DNA from: an uncultured Thermoplasmatales archaeon
GTDB lineage: Archaea; Thermoplasmatota; E2; DHVEG-1
Reading direction: 5' to 3'
Assembly (NCBI GenBank): GCA_964615235.1
Contig: CAZTMK010000007.1
Span: 22,630 to 86,629, forward strand
Length of the DNA: 64,000 nucleotides
Shown here: positions 52,371 through 62,021 of the stretch, piece by piece
Numbering within the stretch: the first letter of the stretch is position 1
How the letters are laid out: the number at the start of each line of letters is the position of its first letter
The notes under the pieces: model-generated
What the model was told of the DNA's origin: nothing
The model's input: the letters and a program-made list of their open reading frames with translations, nothing else
The model's database searches: none
Program-made: the position numbers and the translations under genes

Positions 52371-54653
52371 TTATTTTTTCAATATTGGAATTCCTTGATT
52401 ACTGAATCCATTATTTGGCTCATAAGGATTAAATGCAGGATCTCCTAAAAGAATACGAACATAGTAAGTTGGAAGTTCCTTATCCACCAATTTTTCTTGT
52501 CTAAGTGCTTCGCCAATGCTCAAATCATCCATAATTAAATGATTTTCTAGTGTAGCAAGTCCTGCCTCTCTACCAGTTTCCCTTGTTGCACCTATAAACG
52601 AATTACAGCCTGCGTGTAGCATTGTTGCCCCGATATTCATCCTTGGTGGGATTCCATCAATTCTTCCCATAAGACATGCCGATGTGAGAAAAATGCTAGG
52701 CTTTGAAAAAATCCAATTTTGTACATGGGCAATATCTATTGCCTTACTTAAATAATCAAAGCCATACCAAGATGGGGTATACCAATACCAATCTCCATGA
52801 CCTAAGTATTCAATATAATTTGAGCCAGTATAAGCATCTAAAAATTCTGTTATTTGCCGCCCGTTTCTGAAATCGCCAAAAACTCTTGGTTTAAACCCAA
52901 ATTTAGTAATTTCAATTGCATAAGGAATTTGATGAAAGATGCCGCCCGTTTCTCCGAATCCTTCTCCAAATATGAAACTGAATCTGTTATGCCAGTCATT
53001 TGAACTAGCTGGCTGATTGCAAATATCTTCATAAAACAAAGTTCTGTCGATTAATAAAGAAACATCCTGAACATCCCATCCGATGATTCTACCTACAGAT
53101 AAAGACCAATTGAGAGAATATGGATTATCTGAAGCAAGACCTTTTTCATAAAGAGTTGCCTGAGATGGTCCATAGTAATACATGGGAATCATGTTAGCAT
53201 CACCTAGTATTGCAAGCCATGCTGATCCTTCAAGGTATCCATCTAACAAATCGAAATTTTCCATCAATGCTAGGCTTTTTGTTAGTTCTGACAGTGTTAA
53301 ATTTACCTTTTCGTTGTTATGTAGATGTAGTTTTTCATTATAAGAAGGTCCTGAACCGGTTCCTTGGGCTTCATTGTAATAATCGTCTGATGTAAGTGCA
53401 AAATCTTCCTCGGCAATTATTAACCCGCCATGGGCGGCAGTTAAGTATGGGGCTAAAATTGAAAGGTTTGGAACAATAGGGTTATGTGGCTTATCTAAAA
53501 ATGACCTAGATATAGATATATCATAGTCGACGTCTGCAACTGATAGACCTCGTTGGGAAAAATATCCCCCTTTGATTCCGTGGTAAATTTTTACTTCCAA
53601 ATTATAATTTCCGGATAGATTGCAGGATAATGTTTCAAGATAAGTTTTACCGATGTCATAGCCGAGACTAGATGAATATGAAACAATGTTTTCATTAGGA
53701 TCAAACAGATAAGCTGTTATTATTGGAACAACATCTTTGAAAATTGAATTTCGCGTTTTTGTGATGTTTATGTAAATTTGAATTCGCTCTATTTCGTTTG
53801 AAACTGGGATTGAATATGATTTCTTGGGGTTACCTGCTAACTGAATTTCCCTGCTTCCAAGGGTTAATTTTACATTTGAGAATCTATCCTTAATAAGAGT
53901 TACATTCCTTGAAATAACAAAGTGTGGTACAACATCATATGGGTTTGTAATAGTTAGATAGTTGATTTTGCCAAAATTATTTTTAATTGCAGCTAGAATA
54001 GTATTTTGAATACTGTCCTTATTTATTAATTCAGTAATGGATATATCTGAAAGATTTACACTGATATTTCCTATAACATAGGCAGTAGATACATTCAATT
54101 GCTTGCACAGACTTTGTATTTCGTTTTCATTTTGATCAAAAATTAGGATTGGAATATTTAGGTAACTTGCAAGGGGACTAGCAATTAATCCGAGTTTGTA
54201 AGATTCATCTCCGTCATAAGGGAGGATCAGAACTGTATCGGTATATCTGAATGTCTGTTTTGCTAACTCTATTGAAACTTCAGGTGGATAGCCCAATATT
54301 TCATTTTTATTAAAATCAGTTGAAATTTTTTCCCCAAGAACCAAAAGTGATTTATTATTATCATCCAGATAATTACTCAAAAATAAAATCTGATGGTCTG
54401 TTAAAAATCCTTTATTTTGGACGATTAATGGACATAGCCCAGTAAGATTTTCATCAAAATCGTACCAACATGCCAAACTGCTACCAATTATGGCATAAAA
54501 TGGATCACCATCTGGAACAATCACAGCATTTGGATGAAAATTCCTATTGCTTTCAAATCCAAATTCTTCATAATTTTTTTCCCCCTCAATTGAATAAATA
54601 AAAATTGATGAAAAAAATAGAAAAAACAATAATAAGGTTGAAATTTTCTTCAT
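52371..54653 (-). CDS. Secreted clan CD cysteine peptidase, gingipain (C25)-like.
   Basis: Signal peptide. A His-Gly ... Ala-Cys catalytic dyad arrangement (YLGHGDWYW ... FLTSACLMGRIDG) spaced ~40 aa apart, as in C25/C11 peptidases. 760 aa with C-terminal beta-rich domains. Confidence 0.5.
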   Translation of the reverse strand: MKKISTLLLFFLFFSSIFIYSIEGEKNYEEFGFESNRNFHPNAVIVPDGDPFYAIIGSSLACWYDFDENLTGLCPLIVQNKGFLTDHQILFLSNYLDDNNKSLLVLGEKISTDFNKNEILGYPPEVSIELAKQTFRYTDTVLILPYDGDESYKLGLIASPLASYLNIPILIFDQNENEIQSLCKQLNVSTAYVIGNISVNLSDISITELINKDSIQNTILAAIKNNFGKINYLTITNPYDVVPHFVISRNVTLIKDRFSNVKLTLGSREIQLAGNPKKSYSIPVSNEIERIQIYINITKTRNSIFKDVVPIITAYLFDPNENIVSYSSSLGYDIGKTYLETLSCNLSGNYNLEVKIYHGIKGGYFSQRGLSVADVDYDISISRSFLDKPHNPIVPNLSILAPYLTAAHGGLIIAEEDFALTSDDYYNEAQGTGSGPSYNEKLHLHNNEKVNLTLSELTKSLALMENFDLLDGYLEGSAWLAILGDANMIPMYYYGPSQATLYEKGLASDNPYSLNWSLSVGRIIGWDVQDVSLLIDRTLFYEDICNQPASSNDWHNRFSFIFGEGFGETGGIFHQIPYAIEITKFGFKPRVFGDFRNGRQITEFLDAYTGSNYIEYLGHGDWYWYTPSWYGFDYLSKAIDIAHVQNWIFSKPSIFLTSACLMGRIDGIPPRMNIGATMLHAGCNSFIGATRETGREAGLATLENHLIMDDLSIGEALRQEKLVDKELPTYYVRILLGDPAFNPYEPNNGFSNQGIPILKK

Positions 54654-54736
54654 TAATTATTTTATAAATACTTGCATATTAAAACATTTTCTTTTGGCTT
54701 TCTATTCTTCTGGTCTAGTTTTATACAAGCCCTGAT

Positions 54737-55495
54737 CTATTTTACGATCTTTTTAATAATATTTTTAAATCTCGTTGTACTTATGTAGTGATCCACTAAA
54801 ATTTTCCCGTCATTAATTAGCGTAAAGACACCATAAATAGAGGGTGCATTTTGAGCCTCTTTTGCAGTTTTCAATTCTTCATAAATTAATTTCAAGCCTA
54901 GCTCTTTTGCAACTTCCTTTATTTCATTGATAGATCTAGCTACCCAGGGACATTGGTTTGAGTATACGACATTTAGTCCTTTGTAATCTTTTAGTCTTTT
55001 TTCAAAATCTTTAAATGTTGGTTTTGGGCCATCTTTCAAGGTTTTAACCATCAGTTCATAAGAAGGTTTTGCCGAAGCAACTGATTTAAATCCGTTTTTT
55101 AAAAATAGGTCCTTGCCAGCCATAAATGGCCCTTCACTTGTTATTACGGCAACACCTAATTTATCTTCATTTTCTGCATCTTTGATGCATTCTTTTACTA
55201 AAAGTGAACCGTAACCCTTCTCTTTGTTTTTGTTAGGGGAAATCCAAATACAATGAATAAATAAGTAATCCTTTGCGTCTATTGCTCTCCAAGCATACTC
55301 CCCAGCTACATATTCAATAAAACCAATGCACTTGTTATTTTGGTAAAGCAACTTAATTTTCAGACCTTCAGAAAAACGATCTTGTGACCATTTAAGTTTT
55401 ATTTGATATCCTTCGTTTTTTGGATTCAGAAAACATTTTGGCGGATATTTGGAGATATTTTCCTTATCAACATCGATTATTTCTATTTCTTCCAC
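54737..55495 (-). CDS. GNAT N-acetyltransferase fused to a YoaP-like C-terminal domain.
   Basis: GNAT motif region (CIGFIEYV...KGYGSLLV) and a C-terminal YSNQCPW...GVFTLINDGKIL thioredoxin-like YoaP-type domain. Confidence 0.55.
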   Translation of the reverse strand: MEEIEIIDVDKENISKYPPKCFLNPKNEGYQIKLKWSQDRFSEGLKIKLLYQNNKCIGFIEYVAGEYAWRAIDAKDYLFIHCIWISPNKNKEKGYGSLLVKECIKDAENEDKLGVAVITSEGPFMAGKDLFLKNGFKSVASAKPSYELMVKTLKDGPKPTFKDFEKRLKDYKGLNVVYSNQCPWVARSINEIKEVAKELGLKLIYEELKTAKEAQNAPSIYGVFTLINDGKILVDHYISTTRFKNIIKKIVK

Positions 55496-55600
55496 CTAAA
55501 TTTCCTCCTTGCTAGAACTGAAGAAAGGAATATATATACCTATAATCTTTATATATCATATTGTTATGAAACATTTTTTTATCATCATTGAATATGGTTT

Positions 55601-56182
55601 TTGAAAAACATGACAAAAATGGGGAAAACAGAAAAATGGTTCATGAACCAACCTGAGCATAGTCAAAATGTTGCAAACAGAGCAGAAAGGCTTTTGCAAC
55701 ACATAGATTTTAAAGAGGGAGACAAATTCCTGGAGATTGGCTGTGGTAATGGATCTGCTTGTAAACAGATAGCAAAAGACCACAAATTTAATGTTATTGG
55801 TGTTGATGTTGATCCCGATCAAATTAAAAATGCAAAAAAGGACATTGAAAAATTAAATAACATCAAATTTTTTGTTGCCGATGCTACAAATTTAGATTTC
55901 AATGAAAATGAATTTGATATAATATATTCTTCTGGGGTTTTACACCATATAAATAATTGGGATATGGTACTTAAAGAGATAAATCGTATTTTAAAACCCA
56001 AAGGATACTATATATTTACAGATATTGCATATTCCAGATTCACAACAAATCTATTTAAAAATAGGCTAAAAAATTTAGGTTTCTATACTGTTGATGATAT
56101 TGTAGATTTTTTGAAAAATCAAGGTTTTGATTTAGTTGAGAAAGAAAATCCAGAAGGTTTTTTATTAAAAGACATAATTTAA
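55601..56182 (+). CDS. Class I SAM-dependent methyltransferase.
   Basis: Motif I LEIGCGNGSAC, motif II IGVDVD, and motif III region IIYSSGVLHH. Confidence 0.8.
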   Translation: MKNMTKMGKTEKWFMNQPEHSQNVANRAERLLQHIDFKEGDKFLEIGCGNGSACKQIAKDHKFNVIGVDVDPDQIKNAKKDIEKLNNIKFFVADATNLDFNENEFDIIYSSGVLHHINNWDMVLKEINRILKPKGYYIFTDIAYSRFTTNLFKNRLKNLGFYTVDDIVDFLKNQGFDLVEKENPEGFLLKDII

Positions 56183-56311
56183 TCTTTAAAAAAGATTAAG
56201 TAATATTGCTTTTAGTATATATGAAGATATATCTAAAATAATATTTTTCATCTTTTCCTTTTTAAATTAACTGTAGAAGTCTTTAAAAAATAAGTCTGTT
56301 TTCAAGATTTA

Positions 56312-57346
56312 ATGGTCAATGAATCATTTGGTAGTGATAATCACTCAGGTGTTCATCCAGAAATTCTAAAAGCGATGGAAAAAGTGAATGTGGGATTTTC
56401 GATTGCTTATGGTGATGATGAATATACTAAACGCGCTATTGAAAAATTTTATGAACATTTTGGTCGTGACATCGATGTTTACTTTTTGTATAACGGAACT
56501 GCGACAAATATTCTTGGTTTGAAAGCAGTTGTTGATTCTTTTAATTCAATTATTTGTGCGGAAACCGCTCATCTAAATGTTCATGAGTGCTGCGGTCCTG
56601 AGAAATTTATTGGTTGTAAACTTACTACTATAAAAACAGATGATGGAAAACTGTCTGTAGAAAAAATAAAGCCTTATCTTACTGGATTTGGAGATCCTCA
56701 TGTTGCACAACCAAAGGTTATTTCTATTACAGAGCCAACAGAGCTTGGAACTCTTTATTCTGTAAAAGAAATCAAAAACCTTGCAGATTTTGCTCATAAA
56801 AACAAAATGCTACTCCACATCGACGGTGCAAGACTGAGCAATGCAGCAGCTGCCTTAAATATTGGCTTCAAGGAAATTACCAAAGATGTTGGTGTAGATC
56901 TGCTATCCTTTGGTGGCACAAAAAATGGAATGATGTTTGGTGAAGCTGTTGTCTTCTTTGATAAAAAATTATCCAAAAATTTTGAATATATTAGAAAACA
57001 AGGAATGCAGTTGGCATCTAAAATGCGCTATATTTCCGCGCAATTCGAGGCTTTTTTATCAGATGATCTATGGTTAAAAAATGCAAAGCATGCAAATGAT
57101 ATGGCCCAATTATTATATGATAAACTAAAGAAAATACCCAAAATTAAAGTAACACAAAAAGTGGAGGGCAATGCAGTTTTTGTAATGATTCCAAAAAAAT
57201 ATATTCCACCTATTAAGAGTAAGTATTTCTTTCATGTTTTTGATGAAATAAAATCTATTGCTAGGTTTATGTGTTCTTATAATACAACTAGGAATGATGT
57301 GATTGACCTTTCAGAAACAATTAGAAAAACCGTCGAGAAAAAATAA
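56312..57346 (+). CDS. ltaE: Threonine aldolase family PLP enzyme (beta-eliminating lyase fold).
   Basis: N-terminal FGSDNHSGVHPEIL and the internal PLP-Lys region FGGTKNG. 344 aa. Confidence 0.65.
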   Translation: MVNESFGSDNHSGVHPEILKAMEKVNVGFSIAYGDDEYTKRAIEKFYEHFGRDIDVYFLYNGTATNILGLKAVVDSFNSIICAETAHLNVHECCGPEKFIGCKLTTIKTDDGKLSVEKIKPYLTGFGDPHVAQPKVISITEPTELGTLYSVKEIKNLADFAHKNKMLLHIDGARLSNAAAALNIGFKEITKDVGVDLLSFGGTKNGMMFGEAVVFFDKKLSKNFEYIRKQGMQLASKMRYISAQFEAFLSDDLWLKNAKHANDMAQLLYDKLKKIPKIKVTQKVEGNAVFVMIPKKYIPPIKSKYFFHVFDEIKSIARFMCSYNTTRNDVIDLSETIRKTVEKK

Positions 57347-57355
57347 AATTAATTT

Positions 57356-58027
57356 TTACTTTTTTTGTAAAAAGTATTCCAATGATTTAAGACATTTAGC
57401 GGCGTCCTTTTGCTCAACTAAAATGATAAAATCTCTTGGGGTATCTAAAACTGTTAATAGATTTATATTATCCCATGCAAGAATTCTGAATATGTTATAA
57501 AAGAAACCCGGGTTGTACAGGTAGGTTTCTCGATTTAATAATGAAAAAGAAACAAGATTTTCAAGGGTATATAGTATATTTTCCGATTCAAATAAATTTA
57601 ATATTTTATCCTTATATCTTTGATTTGTAATAATGCCATTCAAATAATTTCCTTGAATAATGTTTAATATATCCCCCTCTCTAAAATTTACCAAATCATA
57701 TATCTTGAGAAGTTTGTTTTTAATAGATGGCACACTTCTTACAATAATATAGGTAATATTTGTTTTCATGTCGATTTCTGTAAAATATTCAAATGATGTT
57801 TTATTAGAAGTTTTTTCAAGTTTCTCTTTATATCTTCTTAGTGCCATTATAATTGAACTATTGCTAACAGTTTCACCCATCTCCTTTTCGATTTCCTTTT
57901 TTAATTTTGATGCTAATAAAGAATTAGACACAATCCCTTGGTTAATTGCCTCCTGGAGAAATATTCTCTCATCAACCAATTTTTTAACTACATGACTAAT
58001 AGTTACCATAATAACGAATTTTCCCAC
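57356..58027 (-). CDS. Putative regulator with an N-terminal HTH-like segment and two ACT-like (small-ligand-binding) domains.
   Basis: The VVKKLVDERIFLQEAINQGIVSNSLLASKL helix-rich N-terminus. The C-terminal ...GFFYNIFRILAWDNINLLTVLDTPRDFIILVEQKDAAKCLKSLEYFL has an ACT-type pattern. Assignment from pattern only. Confidence 0.35.
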   Translation of the reverse strand: MGKFVIMVTISHVVKKLVDERIFLQEAINQGIVSNSLLASKLKKEIEKEMGETVSNSSIIMALRRYKEKLEKTSNKTSFEYFTEIDMKTNITYIIVRSVPSIKNKLLKIYDLVNFREGDILNIIQGNYLNGIITNQRYKDKILNLFESENILYTLENLVSFSLLNRETYLYNPGFFYNIFRILAWDNINLLTVLDTPRDFIILVEQKDAAKCLKSLEYFLQKK

Positions 58028-58264
58028 TTGTTTTTGTAAACTCTAAATTCATATTATATCTAATAACCTTTTCGTTTTAACAAAATAATTAAAATTTTGT
58101 TATTCTGATAACGTAAATTATTTATCATTAAAGTAGCAAATAAATAATTTGAGGTGAAGGTAATATGTGAAAGTCAAATGGTCAAATAAATTGAGGCTGT
58201 AATTTTAAATAAATAATTTAAGTGGTGGAAAAAAGAAAAAAGTATGGATTGAAATGATTGAAAG

Positions 58265-58888
58265 GTGGTAAAGATGGAAAAATTTTTTCATAATAATAAA
58301 TTAATTTTTGTAATGACTGTCATAGTTACTTTATTAATTATAGCCCCTTCTGCTATTCCATTAAAACTTAATAAAAAAGAATATGAAATAAAAAGTTTGG
58401 AAAATTTTGACAATACAAATTCTGAAACAATAGATGTTGGCCAGATTGCAGTAGAATGGCAGGGTTTATTCGGACAAATTATGATAAATGACGGTCTTAA
58501 AAAATATTTAGAAGTAAATAAGACATTATTTGGGGAAAAAGTATATTTTGAATTTCGAGTGGAATACAGGGGGGAATTTATTGGTGGATGGTTTCCGGGA
58601 ATTACAAGAGTTTTATATTTTTCAATGGTGTGCAAATTAGATGATGGGAAAGTGGTGAGTGATAATAATCAGGTACATCTAACTGATAAAGGTCCCGATG
58701 AAATGACAGTTATTGTTAAATGTGATTTCGATTCAGAAAAAAATGAAACTAGGATAATTGAATGTTGCATCTGGATAACCGCACGTATTGAGATCTTCAA
58801 ATTATTAAGAGATGTTCCATGGTTTATAATTCCTGTTGGCAGATGGTCTAAATACTGTACTATTAAAGTTGATATATATCATATGTAG
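58265..58888 (+). CDS. Secreted/membrane-anchored hypothetical protein.
   Basis: N-terminal hydrophobic segment LIFVMTVIVTLLIIAPSA. No known domain. Confidence 0.45.
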   Translation: MVKMEKFFHNNKLIFVMTVIVTLLIIAPSAIPLKLNKKEYEIKSLENFDNTNSETIDVGQIAVEWQGLFGQIMINDGLKKYLEVNKTLFGEKVYFEFRVEYRGEFIGGWFPGITRVLYFSMVCKLDDGKVVSDNNQVHLTDKGPDEMTVIVKCDFDSEKNETRIIECCIWITARIEIFKLLRDVPWFIIPVGRWSKYCTIKVDIYHM

Positions 58889-59009
58889 CAATATATTAAT
58901 AAGAAAATAATTGCTTTCGTTTATCTCATAAAATGTGTAAAATCTGGTCATTACTAAGTGAAATTTCTGTTTGAGGAAGATTGTGGTTTCAAGATATGAA
59001 TTAAAATTT

Positions 59010-59015
59010 GGAGGA
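59010..59015 (+). promoter_or_regulatory. Shine-Dalgarno-like GGAGGA 6 nt before the ATG at 59021.
   Basis: Seen directly. Confidence 0.5.
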
Positions 59016-59020
59016 AGAAA

Positions 59021-60718
59021 ATGAAAAAAAGTAATGAAATTTATATTATGATAATAACTTTGATAGTTGTATTAATAGTAATTATTTCAAGTTTGTATGT
59101 ATATTTTGGGTATTTTACAGACGAAGAGAAAGCTGAAACAGAACCTGTTGAAACAATTGGCAATGAAATTGACCCGTTAACAAATCAAGCAGTTTTTTTC
59201 CACATTCATAGGATTAGAAAAAAGGGAATAATAAATAAGCTATATAATGCCGGGTCACCTCTTGACTATTCCCCAAGAAAAACTAGCGGTGGATCGGATA
59301 TAACTCACAAATTGGAAGGATTAAGACCTGGTTTTGGTTGGGATGAAAAGCCAATTTTTAACTATATTTGCATACTGGATGGTTACATCCATACTGGGGA
59401 TGTCGATTTTAAATGCTGGGATACGGGTTATATAAATCATTGTTTTTTCAGAAATGTTGAAGAAAATCTTTCTACGGTTGATGTTGAATTCAAAATAATT
59501 GAAGTAAACTATAATAAATTGAAAGATACAAGGAACACAAAAGAAGTTGAAAACTTCAAATTTATTTATGATTTTAGAGACGGTACTTGGAACGGGGAAG
59601 ATTCCTTTAATGATACTGACGGTTATGGTCACATAAATACTACAGATTATGAATTATGGTTTAAAATCGGTCAAACAGATTTTGATGATGATGGTATACC
59701 CTGGAGAGTAGAAAAATTGTTACTCGGTACTAATCCAATGATTGATGATTCAAAGCTAGATCCAGATGAAGATGGGATACCTACTGCCTGGGAATGGAGA
59801 TGGGGATATGATCCATTTACCAAAGATAATCATAGTGTCCTAGATCCTGATAATGATGGCCTGGAAAACATCGAGGAATGGTTAATGTCTAAATGGCAAG
59901 CAAATCCATTCCAACCCGAGATGTATATCGAGGTTGATTGGATGGAGAAATCTCCATTTAAACTTTTTGAGATAGAAATTACATCAGGAATAATTTTCAA
60001 ATCTTTAAAAAGACCCAGGATTGTTAAGTCTCGTCTAGACGGTTGGGAACATATTTTATATGAAGAATCTCAACAAATGATAATTGAACGTTTTAATGAA
60101 CATGGTATAACCGTTCATTTCGATGATGGGTGTATGGGCGGTGGTGGAGATGTATTGCCATTTGCTAAAGCAAATTATGAAACGGCCGATCGAATATATT
60201 TAGAACATGCTTTAAGAAATCAAGATAATGGTTTAGTTTCAGAATTCTATTACAATAACTTTGCAGATGAACGTAAAGGAATATTTCGCTATTGCGTTAT
60301 TGCTCATGGGGGAGGTTGGTGTCACCCTCAAGATATTGGGCACGGATATGATTATTTAGTTGTTCCTACAGGAAAAGAATTTAACAAGAATTCAATGGGT
60401 TGTGCTTGGACCCAAAGAACAAGGAGAATAGCTCTAGCTTGCGGTGTATTTCACGAACTTGGTCATTCGTGCGGTCTACATGGTTTTGATGGAATAGACA
60501 ATTGCACAGCTAAAGCAGGAAATCCACCTGATTATCCTTGGTGGGACTATGTGAGTGTTATGAACTATGATTACTATATGCAGCGATATTTTGATTACTC
60601 TCATGGACAAAATGGAGGTAAATACGATCAAGATGACTGGGAAATAGTTGATGTTTCTCATTTCCAAGGCCCCTCTGAATATATGGAAGGCGTTGGAGCC
60701 GGAGTTGTATTTGAATAA
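59021..60718 (+). CDS. Secreted zinc metalloprotease (HEXXH) with thrombospondin-type-3-like Ca-binding Asp-rich repeats.
   Basis: N-terminal TM/signal. DxDxDG-type repeats (FDDDGIPW, DPDEDGIPTAW, DPDNDGLENIEEW). The zincin motif VFHELGHSCGLHG. A Cys-rich C-terminal region. Confidence 0.55.
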   Translation: MKKSNEIYIMIITLIVVLIVIISSLYVYFGYFTDEEKAETEPVETIGNEIDPLTNQAVFFHIHRIRKKGIINKLYNAGSPLDYSPRKTSGGSDITHKLEGLRPGFGWDEKPIFNYICILDGYIHTGDVDFKCWDTGYINHCFFRNVEENLSTVDVEFKIIEVNYNKLKDTRNTKEVENFKFIYDFRDGTWNGEDSFNDTDGYGHINTTDYELWFKIGQTDFDDDGIPWRVEKLLLGTNPMIDDSKLDPDEDGIPTAWEWRWGYDPFTKDNHSVLDPDNDGLENIEEWLMSKWQANPFQPEMYIEVDWMEKSPFKLFEIEITSGIIFKSLKRPRIVKSRLDGWEHILYEESQQMIIERFNEHGITVHFDDGCMGGGGDVLPFAKANYETADRIYLEHALRNQDNGLVSEFYYNNFADERKGIFRYCVIAHGGGWCHPQDIGHGYDYLVVPTGKEFNKNSMGCAWTQRTRRIALACGVFHELGHSCGLHGFDGIDNCTAKAGNPPDYPWWDYVSVMNYDYYMQRYFDYSHGQNGGKYDQDDWEIVDVSHFQGPSEYMEGVGAGVVFE

Positions 60719-60983
60719 AAAGTAATACAATGTGAAGTTCAGGTTTATTCTTCTAGTTATATAGATTGTATCGGGTTATTCTTGCTGAAACTGCAGATGG
60801 CTACACGTTGGAATATAAGATTACAAATGCAGATAATCTTAAACTTAGAAATGCTCTCAGAGTCAAGGCATATTCTTATTGGGGTGAACCGACAACAGAT
60901 GAAATTATATTTTGGAAAATTATTTGAAAATCTTTCGTCATGGTTAAATAAGTAAATCGTCTTGCTCTTTAAGTGAAGAAATT

Positions 60984-61931
60984 ATGAAGATTCAATTGAT
61001 ATTAGTGGTATTTTTGGTAATTTTAATTGTACTTAGCGGCTGTGTTAAAATTGTTGATCCGCTCCCAGATAGACACAGTAAAATTCCAGCTGATGCTGTA
61101 AAGATGACACCAGAAAACGATTCATTTCCTCCACAGCTTCATTCAGAAGAATATGAATTTCCAATTCCAATGTCAGGTCCAATTAACACTGCCGGTGCGG
61201 AAGATTCACCATTTTTCCCATGTTGTGATAATGACACATTTTATTTTTTCTTTACACCTGCTGTAAGGGTACCTGTTGAAGAGCAATTGACCGATGAAGT
61301 AACAGGAATTTATGTTACACATAAAGTCGATGGGGGGTGGGACGAACCTACAAGAGTGCTTTTACAGGGCCGTGATAAGCTTGCACTTGATGGATGTCCT
61401 TTCATCTTAAATAATACAATGTGGTTTTGTACGGCAAGGGAAGGGTACACAGGAATACACTGGTTTACTGCTGAATATAAGAACGGTAAATGGACCAACT
61501 GGAAAGAATCGGATTTTGATCCAGAATTCGATGTCGGGGAATTGCACTTTACAATAGATGGAACAGAACTTTACTATCATTCCAATAGATCTGGCGGAAA
61601 AGGGGGGCGTGACATTTGGATGTTAAAAAAAGTTGATGGTGAATGGCAGGATCCTGTAAACGTTGAAGCAGTTAATTCTGAGGAAGACGAGGCTATGCCC
61701 TACTTAACTCCAGATGGCGAGGAATTGTGGTTTAACAGAAGGTATCTGGGAACTCCGGCTGTTTACAGGTCACGGAAATTGAATGGGTCTTGGCAGGAAC
61801 CAGAATTGATAATTTCACAGTTTGCAGGTGAGCCAACACTTGATAGTAACGGAAATATATATTTTATTCACCACTTTTATAAAGACGGTGAAATGATAGA
61901 AGCAGATGTTTATGTTGCCTACAAGAAATAG
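60984..61931 (+). CDS. Lipoprotein with PD40/TolB-like (WD40-like) beta-propeller repeats.
   Basis: Lipobox-like LIVLSGC. The PD40 repeat signatures TIDGTELYYHSNRSGGKGGRDIWM and LTPDGEELWFNRRYLG. Confidence 0.6.
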   Translation: MKIQLILVVFLVILIVLSGCVKIVDPLPDRHSKIPADAVKMTPENDSFPPQLHSEEYEFPIPMSGPINTAGAEDSPFFPCCDNDTFYFFFTPAVRVPVEEQLTDEVTGIYVTHKVDGGWDEPTRVLLQGRDKLALDGCPFILNNTMWFCTAREGYTGIHWFTAEYKNGKWTNWKESDFDPEFDVGELHFTIDGTELYYHSNRSGGKGGRDIWMLKKVDGEWQDPVNVEAVNSEEDEAMPYLTPDGEELWFNRRYLGTPAVYRSRKLNGSWQEPELIISQFAGEPTLDSNGNIYFIHHFYKDGEMIEADVYVAYKK

Positions 61932-62021
61932 ATTTTAAGGTTTTAACGATAATTTCGTCTTAAAAATCTTATTTTTAATTTCATAATAAAATATAAAAAT
62001 TAATTAAATTATATTATAGCA

